Below, piece after piece: positions 54,526-64,000 of a DNA stretch of 64,000 bases (the stretch's first letter is position 1; every line of letters starts with the position of its first letter). The stretch lies in contig CM082589.2 in the NCBI GenBank assembly GCA_040954595.2, forward strand, positions 2,990,213 through 3,054,212, written 5' to 3'. Under the pieces are notes generated by a model. It saw only the letters and a program-made list of their open reading frames with translations, searched no databases and was not told the origin of the DNA. This stretch comes from Balanoglossus misakiensis. Lineage: Eukaryota; Animalia; Hemichordata. A program made the position numbers and the translations under genes.

Positions 54526-54619
54526 TTAACCCATTCACCACTGCCGTTTGGTTCGACCCCATTTGTTTTCAATGGCATGGATGGAACCATGTGTGGAAAC
54601 CAGGGGGTGGTGGGGTAAA
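54526..54619 (+). mobile_element. Short MITE-like element (TTAA/CCC termini), copy 2
   Basis: TTAA-CCCATTCACCAC...TTTGTTTTCAATGG...GGGGGTGGTGGGG-TAAA; imperfect TIRs, near-TTAA flanks, homologous to the 21318 and 60525 copies. Confidence 0.55.
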
Positions 54620-56650
54620 AGAATCTTAGAGTTGACGAATTGGAGCAGTATACAAACTTGGTCACATCTGTACAAATGGGAAAATGTCTTAAAGGCAGCT
54701 TAATATCTTCGGAGGGACCAAGAGAAAAAAATACTGTATTTTGAACCCTGCTATCCAAAACTAATAATAATGCTTTTCCTTACAAGAAATTATGAGAATG
54801 GTAGCATTCTGGAATGGGTTGTACCAAGGGAGGGATGTTAGGTACTAGGTGTAGTATCACAACAAATTAAATAACTTCCACATCACAAACTGGTAAATTT
54901 ATGTAAACCTGACATTCCTTGAGAAGCAAAAAGTCCAACAAAATTGAATGCCTACTGTAAAACATTTTTTGTGTGTGTTGTCTAAAGAAAGTCAGGAACT
55001 CTAGGTGATAGAGTCATCATGAAGAATTGTTCCTACTCTGGGAGACGCAAATTGCATAGAAATACTACAAAACGATGCTGAATGTCTACTTTTATTGCAA
55101 TAAATGCCACAGAGGTAAAAGGAAAATCAGGGATGGGTCTAACAACACAACAGCAGTATGCTTAAGAGGCCAGTGCTTTGTGTAAATTTTAATGAGTGTA
55201 TTACAAACAATACAGAGCTTGTATGACAGGAAATAAAATTAAATTTAACACAGAGAAGATGACAGACAAAAGGTCTTATGGGGTTCAAGTTACAATTGAT
55301 GAACGTCTGATCTTTGACTTGGTAACTGAAAGAATTACTGAGGCAGCCCGGGTCTTCCATCAATCTGGTATACACTCCTCATTGTGTGATAGTTGCTTCT
55401 TAACACAGAATTCTATTTACAGCTTGGTCTTTTTTGGAAAACAGAAAAAAAGCGCACGAGGTATCGCCCCCACTTTCAACTTAGCAATCAATACACATGA
55501 AAATCCTCAATGTACAGATATTATACATTGTGTCCAATTTGAAAAAAGCAACGTTACACCATAGCACCACATCATGCAAGTCAACTTCCACTTGCACAAA
55601 AAACAACAGAATACATCCCGCCTACCACAAGGTGGCGCCATATTGGGTCTACCACAGTAAATCTTAATTTCCCCCAGGTGGAGTATAAAATGTGTGTGTG
55701 TTTGTATGCATATGCGTGTGTGTGTAAATTGGACAATACTTGTCAATGAAAAGTTAAACTGATCAGCCTAGAACCGTGGTGTTTAATATTAACAGCACCC
55801 GTCTCAAAGACTATACACCTTGCTTTCTGTCATCCAATCCACTGTTCTGTGGCAAGAGCCATACAGTGATCCACCCACAAGGTTAAATGAAGTCTTTGAG
55901 ACGGCAGCTGCTATTGGCCCAGGCTCTAGACTATCTCATCTACCGTACATTTGTACATCTATCAAAGCTTCCTTCAAACAAAACTCAGTCCCAACGTGGA
56001 CAGCAATGAATCTCCAGGGAATACACAATGAGATTCTAAAAATCAACAAATAGCATTACACAGCTAAATAAGAATATTAAGGCTAATAAAAAGAAAGAAA
56101 AAAATGTCTCATTCGTATATACATGTACATACTTCAAAACCAAGACTTCAAACAGTTCCTCTATGCCAGGCTTTGGGATAGGGGAAAACTATTTGCTTCT
56201 GTGGGCAAACTAGGCACAGGGATTTTATTGTGAATATTACACAGTATATAAAGTGTGAGCTTAGAGCTATTGGCAGTCAATTTAGCCTCTGAAGATTACA
56301 AGTTGACGATCAAGATTTTATTCAACACTGCCATCTAAGAATTGAAAATCTCTCCCCATGCTAACCCTTGTTCAGCTATCATTGGTCTAACTAGAGAAGT
56401 CAGAATACCTGCCTTAAAAAGAACAGGATATTAAGATTCACCCCTTACCCCCATTAAGAGCTACTGATTGGGTTTCCTACCCTTCATTATCTGTATACTG
56501 ATATTCAGGTCGCATTATCAAATGTACAAATGTTTCACAGCCTGCTAATGACATTAAATTGAAACTCCAGCCGTCCCGCTGGATGCCAGTGACCCCCCCC
56601 CCCCCCCTCTCAAAAAAAATTAACTGTGTATATGCGGTTTGCTCCTGTGT

Positions 56651-59600
56651 CTAGTATTCATCCTGTTCTCCTCCTTCTTCTTCTCCATCTGCCGGTGCAG
56701 CAAAACCATCCTGTAAGAAAACAATGCGGATTTCTCAGTTAGCTGTCAATCAAACCAATGTATTACCCATATATGGTTAATAGGATGTGTCCGAGTCTTC
56801 ATATGACCATGTGGCCAACAGAGTGAAAATCTGTGATTGGCTAGATCTCCACTTTCCATGGTAACTATGGCAAAATTTGCATACAAGTGCTGACCATACA
56901 CCTTTGAGTGTGTATGTTGTTTGATTGTCTGTATCTGGCCACTAGCATTATATGTGCGAGAGTGTGACATACGTATGTTTGCATGTGTATATGTGTCTGT
57001 CCATTGCCATTATTGCTGTAATATTGTATACATGTAAGTGTACAGTGCTGTTTTTTTATGCAAGTCTGAGTACTAGAACTGTGCTATTTGGGGGCACAGA
57101 ATCTAACTTTGAATCTGATGTAAGGACTGTACAGGAGAATTTGTAAATGTGTGTATTTCAAGTCAAACCATGAAGCCTTTTCAACTCTGACAATAATATT
57201 TACACATAAACATTTCAAGTGAAACACGGATAACAAATACACAAAGACTGATTACTGCTGTCGGGTGGGAATTTTTTATTTTATTTAAAAAGTCCATGCA
57301 CTCCATTTGACACACACAGAGACATGCAGACCTCATCACATTCACAGCACAAAAACCCTAAACATGCACATGCTTACACCCAAGGGAATAAAGGTCCGTC
57401 AGCTTTAACTTATGGCTATTTTTTTGTAGATTCCTTGACAAGAACAGCAGGGACCAAATGAAGGGAAACACCAAGCCTGCATCTCTTCCTCTGATTTTAA
57501 TCGGATAGCCCATGGGTATTACATTAAAGACATCACCGTTTGTCAGTCCACGATACTTTATGCTAAAAGGTATGCGTGTCTGATGCTGTTCTCTACATGC
57601 AAGCATGCTCTGCCATACACAATGAAATGGTAAATGGAGCAATAGTGATACAACGAAGATGACAGTACAAGACTCTGAGACGAGGAGAAGCAGCATGCCA
57701 CAGGCAATGAGTTGACAGAAGTAAATATGAATAAGGCCACCTTTAGAAATCACCAAGTTCACACTCAACGTTGTCATCCTGCAATGCGTCCTCGCCAGGA
57801 GCCGCAAATCCATCCTACAGTAACACAGTGGGAAAGAAAACGCCAAGTGCACAGACGAGAAAGAAAAAAAGAACACTGAGGTGAATGGGTACTCTGCTTG
57901 GCATGAAAGGGAACAGGTATAAAAAGATGTGAAAACAATACGCGTTGTTTGCATGGATTGTTTGTACAATGAAAGCCAGGGGGAGACTGAAATTTACGGG
58001 AACAGTTTTAATTTTTTGTATAATGCTAGCAATGGAAGGACTTTTATATAAGCAATGAATCGGTGTGATACTGTTTTGCATAAAGGATGCTTGCTTTAAT
58101 TAAGGGAAAATAACAGACAAGCTATCAGGGATGTTGTTTTCTACCTGTCCTCTTACAAGTTGTTGGGTGAGGTGTTTGTGTGTGTGGTTACATCGCAGAG
58201 TACTACTTGTAAGAAATCAACAGAAAGTCACAATACATGCTCAAAGCCTTGATGCATAACACAAGTGTGCTAGACTGTATATAAGTACACGATACGGCCA
58301 TAGTAACAGGTTTGTAGAAGTTTCACAAATACAATGCACATAAAACACAAGTAGGCACGCGCACACACTGTTTGCAAGTGCACACACACATGCATCCATG
58401 TGTACACACACACACACACAGAACGACAAACTCGACACAAATCACGTTACATTATTTCATTACTGACTTGGCCCGACTCAAAAACAAGTCAGATTTCACA
58501 CGTGTTCATTGCATGTAGCTAAAGTACAACAAACTTGACTTTTAACAGAAATCAATTTCACTGAGATGAGGTCTTGTTTCTGGTATTTTTCAAGAGTTTG
58601 GGTGAATGTTACATGAATATGGGTGTAATTTTGACAGGACAAATAGAAGTTATCGTGTGTTTCTGAAGTAAATAGTGAAATGTCTAGTCATGAGTGCAAA
58701 AAATGTATATATTATGTTACACTGTGAACTGCTTACACAATGTATTCTGTTAGGTACAACGGTTCGAGAAAAAAAAGCATTTTCAGATGACAGACTGTCT
58801 GCCCAAGAATTCCAAAGGAATTGTCAGTTTTCAACCCAAGTGTCATGGTGTAACCGCACATTAACAAAGATGACTACGTCCCCCCAAAAAGGATAAAATT
58901 TGAGATTTCAAGTGAATTTTCAAAACCCAACAGTGTCATGGTGTAACCCCCTCTTACAAAGAGGACAGTGTTTTTTTTTCTTAAAATATTGAAATTTGGC
59001 TACAAGTACCTGATCTGGCTCAGTGGCTTGACCAGGCTGGAAGATATAAAAATCAAGGAATGCAACGATGGCAAGGTTACTGCAAATCACCCATTAAAAC
59101 TGTCATCTCACATTCAACCAGGTCGATATTTCAAGCAATTTCTGGGGTTAGTATTTTCTCCCTTTTTGCTTTATATTTGCTACAGTACTAGTTGTTTTTG
59201 CATGGTTATTTTAATTTTACCTTTCATTTTACAAAATTAAAACTAAATTGTTAGCTTTGCCTCTCTTGGTTACAATTTACTTTAACCGCATATGCTGCTT
59301 TTACTATAGCTTAAAACACCGGTTACAACCAAAACTCAAATTTGAATATATTCCCTCCTCCTCCTCTTCCTCATCCCCATCATCCAATTTGATTGTCAAA
59401 TGCATAGAATCATGTGCATATTGGAGAAATGACTTCTCCCAGCCATTTTCAAGTATTCAAGTACTACTATCATTAGCATGCATTGTCATTCAGTAAGTCT
59501 AGATTAAGCGCATAATTTATGTAAAATGTACGGAAACATTTTGCAAAATGGTTCTAATACTGAACCTCTGCAAAAAAGACTTGATCCACAATCCAAATTA

Positions 59601-61774
59601 TTTTATCAGTGTACTGTTACACCATGATACTGAGGTTGGATAACTGTTTCTAAAAAACTCGGTGCGATTTTGATTTCATTTAATTATTAATATTTAATTA
59701 TCTATCATTTAATTTTTGTAATTATTATATGCTTGGTGTGAATCCAGCTTGCTGATTGGCTGAGGCGGGGTTCATGACCCCAACAAGAAGACCTGAACAG
59801 TGAATAGTTCAAAAAAATAACCAAACTAGAACACATAGAAGAGAACATGAATAAACATGATTATGTTAGTGATAAAATGGAAATGGGAAAAAATGTTACA
59901 TTAAAAAAAGTAATTAAGAACTGGCTACAAAATGTATTCCCCTGTCGAAAATATGGTTTTAAACCACTACTCCTCCTCTCTACACATATCAATCATCTTA
60001 AGCTCTTACCTCTGTTGCATAAAGAACTTCAACAATCTTTTGGATGCCTGGGTGGCTTTCGTCTTCGTGTTGCTGGCAGATAATTTCAATTTCACGAAGT
60101 TTGGTGAAGTAAAAATCTCTTTCTTTCTCAAGCCCATCGACCGTGAGCTTGACTTCCAGCAACTAGCGACAGGAGAACAAGAAATATACATGAAGTTTGA
60201 ATAAACTTGTCTTTTTTCAGGACGAGCATGTCTTGTGGTCAGGTTTTGAGAAGTGTCTTGTTGTGGATGTACATGTACATGTGGTACTGTGGTAAAAATA
60301 AAACCTGGTAAACGGATCAGGGATTTTGAAAAGCATCTGAGACAGAACATTACCTGTTGATTTAGTGCCGCGACTTGGTTGTTGTTAGCCACTGAAGCAG
60401 GGGCCGGCCGGGTGGTGGTGGTTTTTGCACCTGGTGATTTGAAGTGGGGTGCTGCAGAGAAGTCAAAAAGAAAAGAAAAGCTAATGTTTAATATCACACA
60501 CTACTTAAATGCTAACTTGTCCCATTAACCCTCTCACCACCATGGTTCAGTCCAATCACAGTTTACTTAGGTAAGGTTGGACCTCTAAAGAGGGTACTGG
60601 GGGTGAAGGGGTTAAAGGGACAAAGTCACTAACTAGTAACTGTTAACACTATTTTGGTTAAATGTACTTTTTTTGATAGGCTATTTATGTTGTTCTACCC
60701 TCTGAAACATGCCCAATTCACAACCCATACATGGGTTTTATACATAATGATTCTATAACAGAAGACAGGCTAGATAAAAGTTAGTTCAAAAGCAAACATA
60801 TTCCCCCGCAAGTCAAGAAGGGGACATCCTTCCACAATTCATTGAGTATTCAAACATGCCAACTACATGTAAACTCCTAGATCCTACAAGCTGAAACCTC
60901 ACTGATTCAGTCACCAAATGAGGTGTACAATAAAGGGGAGGGAAAAAAATATAGTTAGTGTTGGAACATACATGAATTACCTGCCGTGCCGACTGGTTTT
61001 CTGCTCGGCATGGAACGCATGTCTCCACCAGCTGGTTGCTGCTGCTGCTGCGTGTGTCCCCTCGCTTCCACTGGGTCGTAGTCGGTCCCTTTGTAGTTTG
61101 CATCAAAGAACTTTTTAAACCACTGTACAAATTCAAAGTTGTCTTGAAATCTACCTTTGACAAGTCTTTCAACTGGAATGACCTGCGGAATAAGAAGGAC
61201 TATTACAATATTGTTATCCTCAACATCATGCCAGGGCTCCTATGCTGCTGGTCAGGGCACTCAAATCGGAAAGAAATTCCTGTAGTGCGTGCTGTCAGTG
61301 ATACAATTAAAATTAAAATCTTCACAGAATAGACACCAAACATGAGAACAATGGGCACTCACCTTATCAGCCCCTACTTTCCTGAAGGACGCTTGTATTA
61401 GTTTGAAATTTTGAATGAATTCATGTTCCAACTTGGCACCCATTTTGACTTTCTTGAACGGTATACAACCCGGGAATAACATATCCATGAACTGGCAATA
61501 GGCAACCCCTGAAGAAAAAGAGAGAAATATTTCGGGTCAAAATTCTGTGAGATTCAAGATGTTTCCACGATCGATGCAGCGTATTCTGTAGCAGGACTTT
61601 CACGAGCCAAGAAAGTGAGAGTACGGGCACAATAGTCTGCAAGAGCTTACCTGAACAAAGATGTTCTATTTTTGTGTAATTCAACTCCAGGCTGTCATTA
61701 ACCCATGCCAGCATGTCATGCCTGCTGAGGTTGTCTGCTGTGGCACTGGTAGCAAAGACGTTCACAGCAGACAT
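56651..61774 (-). CDS. MAPRE1: Microtubule plus-end tracking protein EB1 / RP-EB family (CH domain + EBH domain), 6 coding exons, 260 aa
   Basis: Exons 61774-61651, 61508-61363, 61182-60981, 60451-60354, 60162-60010, 56710-56651 (783 nt). [94 protein letters not shown]...QDEY. A splice acceptor just upstream of the ATG implies a non-coding first exon further upstream. Confidence 0.97.
57743..57814 (-). CDS. Alternative (duplicated) terminal coding exon of MAPRE/EB1
   Basis: TTTTCTTTCCCACTGTGTTACTGTAG|GAT GGA TTT GCG GCT CCT GGC GAG ... GGT GAT TTC TAA encodes [23 protein letters not shown]. It is phase 0, matching the upstream donor after LYATE, and tandem AATAAA lie at ~57285-57275. Confidence 0.8.
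   Translation of the reverse strand, partial: DGFAAPGEDALQDDNVECELGDF
59010..59036 (-). CDS. Candidate 27-nt in-frame cassette microexon of MAPRE/EB1 (PGQATEPDQ)
   Basis: TTCCTTGATTTTTATATCTTCCAG|CCTGGTCAAGCCACTGAGCCAGATCAG|GTACTT; phase 0-0, no stop. Confidence 0.45.
60525..60615 (+). mobile_element. Short MITE-like element with TTAA target-site duplication (piggyBac-type), copy 3, in MAPRE intron
   Basis: TTAA-CCCTCTCACCACCA...TGGGGGTGAAGGGG-TTAA; 83-bp body, TIRs matching 11/14, exact TTAA on both sides. Confidence 0.65.
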
Positions 61775-64000
61775 GTTGGTTTCACTGCAGGGCAGAAAAA
61801 GAAAGTGTTTGAATCCGTTAAAACAGTATTTGTGTGGGAGTCTGTGTGTGTACACAGACACACACTTAGCAAACAAAATATGACTACATGTACATGTACA
61901 AAGACTGGCAGCTCTTTGGGGCAGTAGTTTCTACAACACATCACAGCATTTTCCACAACTAACACACATATGATACCTGCTTCCCTGGAAGAAGTGTTTC
62001 TTATGATTCAGTAATCAAGAGTAAAGTATCCAGAATTTACGTGCTTCGCTAATCTTTTGTGACACTAACCCTAGGCACAACGATGCTGGCTCACTGCACG
62101 AAAATTCAACAGCTCCCCTAGTCAACCAAGTAATACCACAGGCACCTGTTACTCAAAACACAAATTCAGTGCACTCACCACATGGTATAATTCTACCATG
62201 CAAATGAGCCACCTCCAACTACACAATGCAAACCAGCAGAGTCACCTGGTTAATGGTATTATTCAAATAGAATTTGGATCACTCCTGCTCCACCAATGAA
62301 ATTTCAATCTATAAGGTGTTAAAATGTTCTTTTCATTTTGTATGTTCATTTCATACAGGACTCTCGCTGTTAACCAGAAGATCGCCAAGTATTAGATTTC
62401 TAGAATGTGATACACATAAATATATTCTGATCTGCAGGGAGACATCTCTGCAGGGGTAAAGGGTTTCACTGTGTAATTACAGGTCAACTAATTTTAGCTG
62501 GACAACTATAGAACAGCTGGTTTTTTCCACATCATTGTAGGCCTGTATCAGTATATTTAATTGATGATTGTCACGGACCAATGATGCAATGTGGCTGGTG
62601 AATAACCTATATCACAGTGTGATACTGTCCGTACCACTATTCATGTTTATACAGGTGTTTATTAGCTTGTATCCAGGTCTGCGGGATTAACCTATTTATT
62701 CAACGAGAACTGAAAATCATAATTATTCAGAAAACAGTTATATTCTTTGTAATACACAGTAATCTGCTGCACACTTCCCCATTGCAAGCGCGTCTGATTT
62801 CTCTGCAAAGGCATCACACTTGACACTATGCAACCAGTAAACCTCAATATTTACAGTCTGGACTGAGCTAGCAGTGATCAATTTGAGCAAATCAAGCCTC
62901 CACATGTACTGAATACTTCAGGGTAGTCTGAGCAATAGAGATTTGTCATAATCATTCAGAAACAGGCAGCAATGTATAACTCTCTGCGGACATCTGTAAA
63001 AACCAATTGTGTGACTCACTCTTCATAAATCGAATAGAACACACTGGTAACCTGGGTAACAGAAGAGACTTGTTTCACAGTTCACGGAAGACTTAATGTC
63101 TTTCCATTTGCTGTCAAATGAGAGATGCATCCTATGCATATATTTAGTTAGTGATCACATATTGACCCTCACTATTCTGAGATAGATCAATTATTTATAG
63201 CCACATGACAAGCTGCTGACAGACTTGGTGAAATGTACATGTATAGAGTAAAAATACGCAAATTATGGAATCTTTTTTGGCATCAGATATACCTTTAGGT
63301 ACTATAAAATAATTGAAGTCATTGACTTTTTGCCCAAGAGGTGTGTACTGTACTAGCTTGGAGGGATCATGGGTATTAAAAGGGCCATGTTTAGCAAAAC
63401 AGTGCGAGCATTCATCGTACATGTATTGGTAAACTACCTTTTCTCTGTCAGGAGATATTCCTAAGAACAGTGCATGTCATTCTAGGAGAAGTACACACCT
63501 CAAATACCAATACACTGGACAATTTTGGTTCTATGCTCCCAAAAAGCTGCTGAACAACGTATTGTCAATGCGACTCCTGTACAATTGAGACGAACTATAC
63601 TCCTGGTATTATTGGAAAAGCTAAATGCATCAGAGTTATTGCATTGAAACACAACCAAGCCCTTATTCCAACAGCTACTGACCTGTCACTTCACTACAAA
63701 CAGCAAAGTGTAGACGTGGGTGGAGGTATTCCCAGTCAATTCTAAAAATTACCCACGATTCTCTCACATTAAATAGATCACCGTTTATTATGTAATATTA
63801 TCGTGACAGAGACAGAAAAAAAAAGAATAGGTATTTCAGTAGGTATTCAGTGACTACTGACTTTGTAAAGGTTGGTGGGTATTGTCCCTGACTGCACACA
63901 GTGATTCATTCATTGAAACTACTGACTGTTGTGCCTGGAGGGTGGCTGTCATATTACAAATCGACGCCTAGTGACAGTATCTGGTGTGTGGAGCACTTGC

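Noticed and set aside
57358-57969. 203-aa minus-strand ORF in the MAPRE intron
   Set aside because: Non-ATG start and low-complexity composition; the real signal is the 72-nt alternative exon in a different frame.
59300-59800. Acidic [11 protein letters not shown] stretch (~59385-59353) and a short VFLLGS* acceptor (~59790) as further EB1 tails
   Set aside because: The first lacks a usable splice acceptor and looks like a GAG microsatellite; the second has no homology to the EB tail. Neither is supportable without RNA data.

Overview
Eukaryotic (intron-rich, invertebrate-animal-like) genomic DNA. Bases 1-~13,851 are the end of a very homogeneous 88-bp tandem satellite (~157 monomers, with 11-, 15- and 35-monomer higher-order duplications). 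It stops abruptly and is followed by gene-dense sequence: a head-to-head UTP23 (-) / EIF3H (+) pair, an intronless SPRY-SOCS-box (SPSB3-like) gene (-), an unidentified 6-exon ~342-aa gene (+), two tandem 10-exon D-amino-acid/D-aspartate oxidase paralogues (+) ending in peroxisomal SKL, and an EB1/MAPRE gene (-). Most notable: (i) a ~720-bp nested-palindrome element in intron 1 of the unknown gene is built partly from diverged, CpG-decayed copies of the same 88-bp satellite in both orientations, and it suggests the monomer is itself a degenerate ~44-bp inverted dimer; (ii) MAPRE has a duplicated alternative last exon (DGFAAP...ELGDF vs DGFAAP...QDEY) plus a candidate 27-nt microexon; (iii) the two oxidases differ at substrate-determining positions and share a gene-conversion-like tract; (iv) three copies of a short TTAA-flanked MITE are present. 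Exon structures were derived by hand from GT-AG sites and reading-frame continuity; no database searches were run.
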